The notes beneath the pieces are model-generated. The model was not told where the DNA came from. It did not search any database and was given only the letters and a program-made list of their open reading frames with translations. From Clostridia bacterium (GTDB lineage: Bacteria; Bacillota; Clostridia; DSM-8532; SZUA-474), in contig QKEK01000186.1 in assembly GCA_003251775.1 (NCBI GenBank), positions 1 through 59,326 on the forward strand: a DNA stretch of 59,326 bases, written 5' to 3'. The position numbers and the translations under genes are program-made. Each line of letters starts with the position of its first letter. The stretch's first letter is position 1. Positions 37,985 to 47,025 of this stretch are shown here, one piece after another.

Positions 37985-40127
37985 CTCTCATACTCAACGA
38001 AATTCTTTTTTTCTGCACATCTATATCTAGAACCTTTACCTTAACAATATCTCCTACCGATACAACCTCCATTGGATTCTTAATAAATTTATCAGCTAAT
38101 TGAGATATATGGACCAGTCCATCCTGATGTACACCAAGGTCAACAAAGGCACCAAAATCTGCTACATTTCTGACAGTGCCTGTTAATACCATACCTGGTT
38201 TTAAGTCCTTCATATCCATAACATCGCTCCTAAGAACAGGCTGAGGCAACTGCTCTCTCAGGTCTCTTCCAGGCTTTAAAAGCTCCTTAATAATATCCTT
38301 AAGTGTTGGCTCTCCTATTCCTATTTCATCGGAAATAGTCTTTATTCCCCTTTTCTCAATTAGTAATTTTATCATGCTTATATTTCCCTCTTTTACATCG
38401 TCAAGAGAAAAATTCAGCCTTTTTAATAGCTTTTCAACAGCACTATATGCCTCTGGATGTACAGATGTGTTATCTAAAATATTTTCAGCCTCTGGAATTC
38501 TCAGAAACCCTGCACACTGTTCAAATGCCTTCTCTCCTAGTTTTTTAACCTTTTTTAGCTGTGCTCTATTTATAAACTTACCATTATGCTCTCTATAATC
38601 AACAATATTCTTTGCAACCGTGGCATTAATACCTGAGATATATGACAATAATGAAGGAGATGCTGTATTTAAGTCAACACCTACACTATTAACGCAATCC
38701 TCAACAACCCCCCCCAGTGTCTCATCCAGCCTTTTTTGATTCATATCATGCTGATACTGCCCAACCCCTACAGCCTTTGGATCAATCTTAACAAGCTCAG
38801 CTAATGGGTCCTGTAGCCTTCTGGCTATGGAAACTGCACTTCGTAAAGCTACATCAAACTCAGGAAATTCTTCTGCACCAAGCTTTGATGCTGAGTAAAC
38901 AGAAGCCCCCGACTCACTAACTACCATATAGTATATCTTTCTATTGATCTCCTTTATAGTTTCAGCTATAAAAACCTCAGATTCTTTTGAAGCTGTACCA
39001 TTTCCAATGGCTATTATGCTTACATTAAAGCGTTCGATAAGTGCCTTTATAACCGCTTTTGACTGCTCTAGCTTGCTTTGTGGGGGAGTTGGATAAATAA
39101 CTGTTGTTATCAGAACCTTTCCAGTTTCGTCAACTACAGCTATTTTACAGCCAGTCCTATATGCGGGGTCTAGACCTAATACAACGTTTCCCTTTACAGG
39201 AGGCTGTAGCAATAAATTTTTAAGGTTCTCCTTAAAAACCTTCATTGCTTGCTCCTCGGCCATATTAGTCAGTTCATTTCTTATTTCACGCTCAATGGAG
39301 GGTTGAATTAGTCTTTTGTAGGAATCCTCAATTGCTTTATCTACATAACATGAGGTTGTAGAGACTGGAGTCTTTATAATATTTTTCTTTAGATAATCAT
39401 AAATCATCTGTTCAGGTACATCTATTGCTACCTTCAAGAACTCCTCCTTTTCTCCTCTGTTTATTGCTAATACCCTATGACTCACCATTTTATTTACTGG
39501 TTCTTTGTAATCATAATACATTGCATATACTGAATCTTCCTCTTTTTTAGCTTTTGAAATCACAGTACCCCTGCCAAAGAATATGGTCCTTATTTCCTTT
39601 CTATGCTCAGCATTGTCAGATATTATCTCAGCTATTATGTCCATTGCTCCATTTAAGGCTTCCTCAACAGTATTAACCTCTTTCTCAACATCTATAAAAG
39701 GCTGTGCTAATTCTTCAGCAGACTTTTTTGTCTCTGTTTGCATATAAATAATTGTAGCAAGGGGTTCTAGTCCCTTCGCCTTAGCAACAGTCGCTCTGGT
39801 TTTCTTTTTTTGCTTGAACGGTCTATAAATATCTTCTATCTCTTGTAATGATGTAGCTTTACTTAAGGAAATTACAATTTCATCTGATAGCTTCCCCTGT
39901 TCCTCAATAAGCCGTTTTATATCATTTCTTCTCTGCTCGAAATTCCTTAGATATACAAGCCTCTCATGTAATTCTCTTAGTACCTGATCATTAAGCTCAC
40001 CAGTAACTTCCTTTCTATATCTTGCAATGAATGGAATTGTATTTCCTTCATCAATAAGCTTCACTGTGTTTTCAACCTGATTTGTCTTTATATTAAACTC
40101 CTGTGCCAACTGTGAAATAATATTCAT
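37977..40127 (-). CDS. tex: Tex-family RNA-binding transcriptional accessory protein
   Basis: GNTIPFIARYRKE, DPAYRTGCK, ARRLQDPLAELVKIDP, C-terminal S1 domain (FGAFVDLGVHQDGLVHIS). GTG 40142 is an alternative start. Confidence 0.95.
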   Translation of the reverse strand: MNIISQLAQEFNIKTNQVENTVKLIDEGNTIPFIARYRKEVTGELNDQVLRELHERLVYLRNFEQRRNDIKRLIEEQGKLSDEIVISLSKATSLQEIEDIYRPFKQKKKTRATVAKAKGLEPLATIIYMQTETKKSAEELAQPFIDVEKEVNTVEEALNGAMDIIAEIISDNAEHRKEIRTIFFGRGTVISKAKKEEDSVYAMYYDYKEPVNKMVSHRVLAINRGEKEEFLKVAIDVPEQMIYDYLKKNIIKTPVSTTSCYVDKAIEDSYKRLIQPSIEREIRNELTNMAEEQAMKVFKENLKNLLLQPPVKGNVVLGLDPAYRTGCKIAVVDETGKVLITTVIYPTPPQSKLEQSKAVIKALIERFNVSIIAIGNGTASKESEVFIAETIKEINRKIYYMVVSESGASVYSASKLGAEEFPEFDVALRSAVSIARRLQDPLAELVKIDPKAVGVGQYQHDMNQKRLDETLGGVVEDCVNSVGVDLNTASPSLLSYISGINATVAKNIVDYREHNGKFINRAQLKKVKKLGEKAFEQCAGFLRIPEAENILDNTSVHPEAYSAVEKLLKRLNFSLDDVKEGNISMIKLLIEKRGIKTISDEIGIGEPTLKDIIKELLKPGRDLREQLPQPVLRSDVMDMKDLKPGMVLTGTVRNVADFGAFVDLGVHQDGLVHISQLADKFIKNPMEVVSVGDIVKVKVLDIDVQKKRISLSMRDV

Positions 40128-40194
40128 ATTCTCCTTGTACACTTAAGCTAAAAGCTTTAGTATACTTTCCTTTCTCTATACTTAACGCCATGCT

Positions 40195-40230
40195 ATACCT
40201 ATACTTATACTTATACTTATACTTATACTT
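40195..40230. repeat. (ATACTT)5-6 microsatellite upstream of tex
   Basis: ATACCT plus five perfect ATACTT units. Confidence 0.9.
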
Positions 40231-40243
40231 ATTATAACTATTA

Positions 40244-40936
40244 TTATCTTAAAGAATCAATAACATTATTATAAGTCTGTAGCTCTTTAATACCTAGTTT
40301 GCTTAATCGATAGGTTCCCCTTGCTACACGTTCAAACCATCCATAATAATTTTTATTTAGTATAGCTGTTGCCTTTTTATCTGCACCAGCCTCAATCATT
40401 TCCTTGATCTTCATTTCATTGTTTTCCTTTAATAAAGCGGCTATAAAAAGCGTCTTTTCTCTATATACCGTAACAAGCTTTTTTCCTGTACTTCCACCAA
40501 TATTGTAATCTCCATGCCTCTCCTTAATCTCTTTTATAGTAATGTCCTTTTTTCTTCTGCTTTTAGACATACTTAACTCTCTATTAAAGACCTTCGGTTC
40601 AAAGACTATTTGTGCGTATGGCTTTTCTACATCTAACGCCACTAAGATAAGCCCTACCTCAAGCCTTCTTAACAAATACTCTTTTTCTTTAAATTCCTTA
40701 TAGAAGCGTTTTCTATACTCAGGTCTTGGTACTGCTACATAAACCTTTTCAGTAATTCTCTGTCTTTTAATAGCCTGAAGTATAAGACTCATATTAATAG
40801 ACTTTTTCATTTCTACAGCGATAAGCTCTTCTCCATTACTTGCCGTCAGATCTATATCACAAACCTCTCCATTTACGGTATATCCCTTGTTTTCAAATAA
40901 CCTCTTAACTGGATAATATAAATCAGACTCCTTCAT
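40244..40936 (-). CDS. DUF2161-like putative PD-(D/E)XK-fold protein
   Basis: MKESDLYYPVK, GEVCDID, VEMK, LQAIKRQ, TVYRE, NYYGWFERVARGTYRL. Confidence 0.75.
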   Translation of the reverse strand: MKESDLYYPVKRLFENKGYTVNGEVCDIDLTASNGEELIAVEMKKSINMSLILQAIKRQRITEKVYVAVPRPEYRKRFYKEFKEKEYLLRRLEVGLILVALDVEKPYAQIVFEPKVFNRELSMSKSRRKKDITIKEIKERHGDYNIGGSTGKKLVTVYREKTLFIAALLKENNEMKIKEMIEAGADKKATAILNKNYYGWFERVARGTYRLSKLGIKELQTYNNVIDSLR

Positions 40937-40963
40937 TTTAAGCCCCCATTTATTAATAACAAT

Positions 40964-41188
40964 CTAATCAGTCGTTTCTACAGATTCTGAACTTTTGTTA
41001 GATGCCTTTTGCTCACTATAAATTGAGTTACCCTCAACCATACCATATTGCTTGGCTAATTTTTTAATCTCAGCCTCTGATAGCTTTTCAGGCTTAATAC
41101 CCATTAAATATATCATGCAGATTATCGAAGTGAAGATTATACCTATCCCTATACCTAATAAAATACTCTTTACGTCAAATACTCTCAT
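40964..41188 (-). CDS. Small membrane protein of the distal flagellar region
   Basis: One TM (LLGIGIGIIFTSII) plus LSEAEIKKLAKQYGMV; ATG after GGGAAG. Confidence 0.65.
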   Translation of the reverse strand: MRVFDVKSILLGIGIGIIFTSIICMIYLMGIKPEKLSEAEIKKLAKQYGMVEGNSIYSEQKASNKSSESVETTD

Positions 41189-41240
41189 TAAAGACTTCCC
41201 CTAACTAAGCAACCTACTACTTTGTTGTTTTCAAAAAAAA

Positions 41241-41798
41241 CTACCTTGCTAGCTTTTTTATTAATTGAACCTCTCCTCTACCTATGTTTAGCTTACGAGC
41301 TATTTCTATATCATTCATACCTGAATCAGACAACGAAAAGACATTTCTATGCTTGCTATTAATAGAAATTACATTATCCTTTTTATTTTTATTTGCTGGT
41401 AGTTCTTCACCACCAGATCTATCCTCAAGCTCCTTCAATGAAGCTGTAGCTTTAAGTGTATTAGTCTTACCATAGTCATACATATTATTATACTCTTCTT
41501 TGATACATTCTACATTATTAACTTTCTTTAGACCTTTTATAATCTCTTCAGCGTCCTTCATGCTACTATTGAGTGCCATATTCTTTTGTTCAACTTGAGT
41601 TATAATGTAATCAGAGAATTTATTAAGCTCAAGAAGCATTTGCTCAGCATCCTTAATGACCTCCACCAAATCCTCTTTCTTTTCCAATGCGTCATTTCTA
41701 TAGTCATAGGATTTTTTCTTATCAATTAAAATTAATAAAAAGGACACTACAATTAGCAAAATACCAATGAAAAATATACTAGCAAAAAAACCAGTCAT
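41241..41798 (-). CDS. Membrane-anchored coiled-coil protein with C-terminal HTH-like motif (DUF6115/SwrB-like)
   Basis: N-terminal TM, coiled coil, EIARKLNIGRGEVQLI. ATG 41798 after GGGGTG. Confidence 0.7.
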   Translation of the reverse strand: MTGFFASIFFIGILLIVVSFLLILIDKKKSYDYRNDALEKKEDLVEVIKDAEQMLLELNKFSDYIITQVEQKNMALNSSMKDAEEIIKGLKKVNNVECIKEEYNNMYDYGKTNTLKATASLKELEDRSGGEELPANKNKKDNVISINSKHRNVFSLSDSGMNDIEIARKLNIGRGEVQLIKKLAR

Positions 41799-41895
41799 TT
41801 TATACACCCCATACCTTTTTCTTTCGTAAGTTGTATGACAGAATAAAGCTTGTTTCGTCTGTTCATACAATAATATGTATTTATTTTACTATAAT

Positions 41896-41938
41896 AAACA
41901 AAAAAAGTCCAACAAAAAATAAAATTTTATTGGACTTT
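41896..41938 (-). terminator. Intrinsic terminator after the fapA-hypothetical unit
   Basis: AAAGTCCAA...TTGGACTTT stem then TTTTGTTT on the minus strand. Confidence 0.7.
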
Positions 41939-42311
41939 ATAGTTTTATGTCAAATTTTCTGTTACTACAGTATTGTGTATTTGCCTTTTGGTTCTTTGAG
42001 TAGGTTGCCGTATTTCTGCAAACACTCTCATTTTCTTCAGTGTCTTCCTTTTCACTAGTATTACTTTGATCGTCTTCTTCCTTTTCTTGTTTTTTGGACT
42101 GTTCTCTTTGTCTTCTTTGCTTCTCCCTGATAGCAGCCTTCTGTGCCTCTTCCTGTGAATGTACAGTAGATAATTGCACCTCAGCGTCTTTATTGCTTTT
42201 GTTGCTTTGCTGCTGTGCTGCTGCCTCACTATGCTTCTGCTGATCATTGCTAATTTTCCCTATTTCATTAACTTTAGGCATCATAATCTGCATGTCAATC
42301 GGTCTGATCAT
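41937..42311 (-). CDS. Hypothetical protein downstream of DUF342
   Basis: MIRPIDMQIMMPK...Q/E/K-rich...FDIKL; strong RBS GGGGGTG. Confidence 0.75.
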   Translation of the reverse strand: MIRPIDMQIMMPKVNEIGKISNDQQKHSEAAAQQQSNKSNKDAEVQLSTVHSQEEAQKAAIREKQRRQREQSKKQEKEEDDQSNTSEKEDTEENESVCRNTATYSKNQKANTQYCSNRKFDIKL

Positions 42312-42349
42312 AAAAGCTCACCCCCCTTGACCCAGCATTTTATATTGCT

Positions 42350-43963
42350 TTATAATGCACCTACCCTAACATCAGCACCATCATTATATAATGTGCATCT
42401 TGACAAATTTTCCTTCACATATAGAGATGCAGACCCTATAGAAGCCTTCACCCCAGGAAATATAGTCATAGCCGCTCTTATTTTCCCCTCTGAAACGCTT
42501 TTTAGCTTCTCCTCAATTTGTTGTATCTCTACTTTATGCTCAGCAATTTTACTTTCATAAAACGCTTTAGAGCGTATACTCTTTGCCAATAGCTCCTTCT
42601 TATCATCTGTTAATACACCAGCAGTCTCAAATTTTCTGAGAATTTCTATTGCTTGCATTGACTTTTTTACGCTTGGTTCCATTACCTTTAACTCATCTCT
42701 AAGCTGCTTATATCTATCTCTTAGTGTTGGATCTACTCCAACCTCCAGATTTGTTACGGTAGCCATAGGTGAACCAATAACCTTAGCTGACACTTCTTTT
42801 CCTACCTTAACATTACCGCCAACTAGAAGCCCTTTTTTTCCGCCAAGCTCCAAAATAGTACCGCACTTTATATCACTGTGCATAACTGCTTCTGCCTTAA
42901 TACTCCCCCTAGCAATTACTATGCTATTCTCAATATATTTTGATACTATGTCTCCGCCAGCTATTAAGGTTCCCTTACCTACACCATTCATACCCCTTCT
43001 GAGTATAATATCACCTTCTGCCTTTATTACTGCTCCCTCTACAACACCATGTACTTCAACATTTCCACCAGCCTCAATGGTAAAACCAGAGAGTACATTC
43101 CCCCTTACGGTAACATTACCAATAAAATTTATGTTTCCTGTTGAATTATCTACATCTGCTGGTACCTCAAAGCTAGAAAACACACTAACCTTACCATCAA
43201 GATATTGTATCTGACCATCAAGGTTTGAATAAAGTTCTGTTTCGTCCTGAGACAAATAAACATTTCTGCCTCTTTTAATTGTAGCAGGTTTACCATCCAA
43301 AGCCTGTATATCAATTCCTGCAACTGTTTTTCCTGGTTTTCCTGATTCAGGAGGCATAAGCTGGCAAAGCTTCTGATCCTTAGACACATTTTCTATATAA
43401 TCAAGCTCTCTGTAATTTACACTTCCATCCTCTAGTATTGTTGGCTTTCTGTCTTTATTGACATCTACGAAAAACTGTATAGTACCATTCTTTCCATTTT
43501 GTGCACTAATTCCTTCTGCGATACATACTGACTCGTTGTATACTGGATATTCTGCCATGGATTGAAGGACATCCTTTTTAACCCCAAATATTACACCACT
43601 TTGTTTAAGTGCTTGTATTAATTCCTGTATAGACAAGTCCTTTCCGCCTATTGGTGGATATATAGTCATAAAAGCCCTCATTTTATCCTCAGAAACACTT
43701 ATAGCAACAGTGGCATTTATCTTTTCTGGCGTTTGAGGAGGAGCAATTTTCTCAGCAACGCCCGACGCAGTTTTAACTACATATGAAATCACCTTTGCAT
43801 CAAAGCTTTTGATTTGTTTTTTTCTAATAGTATCAAGAACCTCACTCTCATCTACCATTTTACCTTTTCCTACAGGCTTTCTAACAACTAAATATACACC
43901 ATCCTCAAGATAATCCACCTCAAAATAGCCGTCATTTATATTTCTACCCATAATTGAGTCCAT
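42350..43963 (-). CDS. FapA/DUF342-family flagellar assembly protein
   Basis: DGSVNYREL, DVDNSTGNINFIGNVTVRGNV beta-helix-type repeats, coiled coil; follows fliA. Confidence 0.88.
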   Translation of the reverse strand: MDSIMGRNINDGYFEVDYLEDGVYLVVRKPVGKGKMVDESEVLDTIRKKQIKSFDAKVISYVVKTASGVAEKIAPPQTPEKINATVAISVSEDKMRAFMTIYPPIGGKDLSIQELIQALKQSGVIFGVKKDVLQSMAEYPVYNESVCIAEGISAQNGKNGTIQFFVDVNKDRKPTILEDGSVNYRELDYIENVSKDQKLCQLMPPESGKPGKTVAGIDIQALDGKPATIKRGRNVYLSQDETELYSNLDGQIQYLDGKVSVFSSFEVPADVDNSTGNINFIGNVTVRGNVLSGFTIEAGGNVEVHGVVEGAVIKAEGDIILRRGMNGVGKGTLIAGGDIVSKYIENSIVIARGSIKAEAVMHSDIKCGTILELGGKKGLLVGGNVKVGKEVSAKVIGSPMATVTNLEVGVDPTLRDRYKQLRDELKVMEPSVKKSMQAIEILRKFETAGVLTDDKKELLAKSIRSKAFYESKIAEHKVEIQQIEEKLKSVSEGKIRAAMTIFPGVKASIGSASLYVKENLSRCTLYNDGADVRVGAL

Positions 43964-44126
43964 CCTATTTTACCTCCAAAACACTAGGCTTCACACTCAG
44001 TAAGCACTTTCATTACTATTAATGACAAATCATGATTGCTTACCCCATGCAAAGCTTATATAAAATGATATCAATTCACTATACAAAACAGAGCAGAATA
44101 ACACTTCTGTAAATCATATATTATGT

Positions 44127-44154
44127 ATATCGGCAAATTGCTATGTTTATTTAG
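44127..44154 (-). promoter_or_regulatory. sigma28 (FliA/SigD) promoter for the DUF342 gene
   Basis: CTAAA-N15-GCCGATAT, a near-consensus sigma28 promoter immediately after the fliA stop. Confidence 0.85.
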
Positions 44155-44155
44155 T

Positions 44156-44926
44156 CTAACTAAGTATTATACTTCTATGACGATCCAGCTTACCCTTCAT
44201 ACGCATTATAGCCTTAGTATGAAGCTGCGAAATTCTTGACTCTGTTACCTTCATTATTGCACTTATCTCTTTTAAGGTCAATTCATCAAAGTAATAAAAA
44301 GAGATTACCATTCGCTCTTTCTCAGGTAGCTTGTCAATTGTATCTGCTAGTATATGCTTAATCTCATCTATTTCTAAGCTTCTTTCAGGTCTTCCAACTT
44401 CATCAGCGTCAGATAAATCCAGACCAACCTCGTAGTTCTGCTCGAGGTAATCCTCCAGTGATACGAAGGATGATAAATTCACCTCGCTTACAAGCTTATT
44501 AAGATCCGTTACGCTTATACCCAATCTTTCGGCTACCTGTTCATCATTAGCTACATGTCCTAGCTCAAGCTCTAGCTCAACATAAGCCTTTTCAATATCC
44601 TTACTCTTTTTTCTTAGGGATCTAGGCACCCAGTCCAGCTCCCTAATACTATCTATTATTGAACCACGTATTCTCAGAGAAGCGTATGTTTCAAACTTCA
44701 CACCTTTATCTATGTCAAATTTCTCAATAGCGTCAATTAAGCCAAATACACCGTATCCGACAAGATCATCATACTCAACATTTGATCCAAAATATATGCT
44801 TAGTCTCCCTGCTACGTATTTAATCAAATGAGAATACTCTACTATTAGAGCCTCCCTAATGCTAGGATCCCCTGACTGGCTGTATTTTTTCCACATCTCT
44901 TGCCTTTTGTTGTCATTAGACAGCAT
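44156..44926 (-). CDS. fliA: FliA/WhiG-family sigma-28 factor
   Basis: GLIDAIEKFD, KFETYASLRIRGSIIDSIRELDWVPRS, TLKEI...ESRISQLH. ATG 44926 preferred. Confidence 0.95.
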   Translation of the reverse strand: MLSNDNKRQEMWKKYSQSGDPSIREALIVEYSHLIKYVAGRLSIYFGSNVEYDDLVGYGVFGLIDAIEKFDIDKGVKFETYASLRIRGSIIDSIRELDWVPRSLRKKSKDIEKAYVELELELGHVANDEQVAERLGISVTDLNKLVSEVNLSSFVSLEDYLEQNYEVGLDLSDADEVGRPERSLEIDEIKHILADTIDKLPEKERMVISFYYFDELTLKEISAIMKVTESRISQLHTKAIMRMKGKLDRHRSIILS

Positions 44927-44946
44927 CTCTATCCCCCATTCCACTC

Positions 44947-45333
44947 TTATTTATCTAACTGCTGCCTGATGATCTTCGCTATTGGAATATCATCGTCAAA
45001 ATCATCTTCTACTCCTGCAACTGTATTATTGTCACCTACTGTATAGTCTATAGCCCCACCACGCTGTTCATCACTCTCTGCTTGAGCCATTTTTTCCTCT
45101 TCTAAAAGACGTGCACTTTCTTCTGCCTTTTTCTTTTCAATATCTTTTATCTGTTTTATCATTCCTATTATAGTATTTCTAAAAAACACTCCAATTATAT
45201 AAAAAATAATCATAGCCAATATCATTCTTATATAAATATCTTTATTAATTAATTTCTGACTATAACCTGACAAGCCACCTATGATTGACGCACATAACGC
45301 CATAAACATTGGTATTCGTTCTACATAGTTCAT
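44947..45333 (-). CDS. Hypothetical membrane protein between cheD and fliA
   Basis: Two N-terminal TMs and an acidic tail; RBS GGGGAG. Confidence 0.75.
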   Translation of the reverse strand: MNYVERIPMFMALCASIIGGLSGYSQKLINKDIYIRMILAMIIFYIIGVFFRNTIIGMIKQIKDIEKKKAEESARLLEEEKMAQAESDEQRGGAIDYTVGDNNTVAGVEDDFDDDIPIAKIIRQQLDK

Positions 45334-45354
45334 TTTTCTCCCCCAAATACAAGC

Positions 45355-45840
45355 TTATATTTGTGACACACCATGACCTATCGTCTTTATGACTAACCGC
45401 CCGTCACAGGAGTAAAACTCTATTGTCCTACCGTAATTTCCACCAACATCCTCAGCTATTATTGGGATATTCAAGCTAATTAATTTTGCCCTGCTTGCTA
45501 ATATATTTCTCTCCCCAACTCTTATAATATCTGAGGAAGAGCTAAAAGAAAACATCTGAGCACCGCCCGCAAGCTTTGCAGTTATTCTTTTCCTGTCAGC
45601 TCCCAATTTTATCATATTATCTAATAATGTATCAACCGCTGTATCTGCAAACTTTGCCCTATTTTGATTATTCTTTGCCTGTTCACTTGAAGGTAGCATA
45701 ATATGTGCCATTCCTATAATTCTTTTAACAGAGTCATATAGCGAAATACCAACACATGAGCCTAATCCTAGCGTGATTAAAACCCCTGGATCTCTAGTAA
45801 CATTTAAGTCAGCCATCCCCACTTTGACTACATTCTCCAT
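45355..45840 (-). CDS. cheD: Chemoreceptor glutamine deamidase
   Basis: GLGSCVG, HIMLP, KFAD, AKLAGGAQMF, EDVGGNYGR. Confidence 0.96.
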   Translation of the reverse strand: MENVVKVGMADLNVTRDPGVLITLGLGSCVGISLYDSVKRIIGMAHIMLPSSEQAKNNQNRAKFADTAVDTLLDNMIKLGADRKRITAKLAGGAQMFSFSSSSDIIRVGERNILASRAKLISLNIPIIAEDVGGNYGRTIEFYSCDGRLVIKTIGHGVSQI

Positions 45841-46466
45841 TAGCTAATTACTCCTAGTGCCTTTAATAGTATCTCATATGACTCAACCTCTGGTATCAAA
45901 AAGAAATCTCCAACAACACTTGCATCATCCTCAATAAACTCTGTCTCTATATATAATACTGTATCTCCAGTTTTACCAAATTCAATTGCAGGTACACTTA
46001 GTATAGCTCCCGCCATATCTATAGCCAAAGCAGGCACCTGAGGGTAAATTTTTAGACCCGTAAGCGTAGACAATGATGACAAATATGAGCCAGCCAATAT
46101 GTTTCCTATCTCCTGTAACGCTGAAAGCTCCATCTCCGTAAACTCTTCAGCGGCTCCAGCTTGTCCGATTTGTCCCATTAGTATATAAACGAGATTTTTA
46201 GCAGCCTTCTGCTCTAAAACAAACATAATATTTCCAGATAGGTCTCCGTCAACACTGAGCATAATACCTATTACAGGTGTTTCAGCTCCTCCTAGCACCT
46301 CACTAATGTTTTTGAATTCTATTATCTTTGCTTTAGGAACATCCATGTCAATTTTCTTATTCATTATCTTTGCTAATGCTGTTGCTGCATTTCCAGCTCC
46401 TATGTTGCCAATTTCTCTTAAAACATCAATATACATGTTATCCAAATTATCCAACGATAAGCTCAT
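45840..46466 (-). CDS. cheC: CheY-P phosphatase
   Basis: DVLREIGNIGAGNAATAL, SALQEIGNIL, DMAGAIL. Confidence 0.95.
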   Translation of the reverse strand: MSLSLDNLDNMYIDVLREIGNIGAGNAATALAKIMNKKIDMDVPKAKIIEFKNISEVLGGAETPVIGIMLSVDGDLSGNIMFVLEQKAAKNLVYILMGQIGQAGAAEEFTEMELSALQEIGNILAGSYLSSLSTLTGLKIYPQVPALAIDMAGAILSVPAIEFGKTGDTVLYIETEFIEDDASVVGDFFLIPEVESYEILLKALGVIS

Positions 46467-46520
46467 ACTCTTTTATCTCCTTCTACTTACATCCCAACTA
46501 AAGCATATACTACCAGAGAA

Positions 46521-47009
46521 TTATTGTAGCACTATTTTTTCCAAATTCAGCAGAGTAATAATTCTATTCTCCAGCTTTCCTACTCCCATTAAATGCTCTG
46601 ATATTTTACTATTGGTAAAGCTACTTATTTTTTCAATATCATCCTCTGTTAATTGAATAACCTCTGCAACCGAATCCACAATTATTCCTACAGCACTATC
46701 CTCAATCTTGAATATTACTATTCTAGTGTCTTCACTATACTCCACTGAAGGTAAGTCAAATTTTTCTCTAAGACAAATAACTGGAATTACCTCACCACGA
46801 AGGTTTATGACACCCTTAATGTATGCTGGTGTTTTGGGAACACGGGCAATCCCCATTATCCTTTCTATAGTGGTTATCATTTTTATATCTACTCCATACT
46901 CTTCGTTTGCTACTCTGAAAACAACAAACTGTTTACTGTCATAATTAGTCGCTTCACTACGTTCATTATTTGTTGTCAAAGGTGAATTATCCATCGTATT
47001 TAATTCCAT
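46521..47009 (-). CDS. cheW: Chemotaxis adaptor
   Basis: VVFRV..EEYG, IKGVINLRGEVIPVI, GIIVDSV. Confidence 0.95.
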   Translation of the reverse strand: MELNTMDNSPLTTNNERSEATNYDSKQFVVFRVANEEYGVDIKMITTIERIMGIARVPKTPAYIKGVINLRGEVIPVICLREKFDLPSVEYSEDTRIVIFKIEDSAVGIIVDSVAEVIQLTEDDIEKISSFTNSKISEHLMGVGKLENRIITLLNLEKIVLQ

Positions 47010-47025
47010 ATATTTTCCCTCCCCT

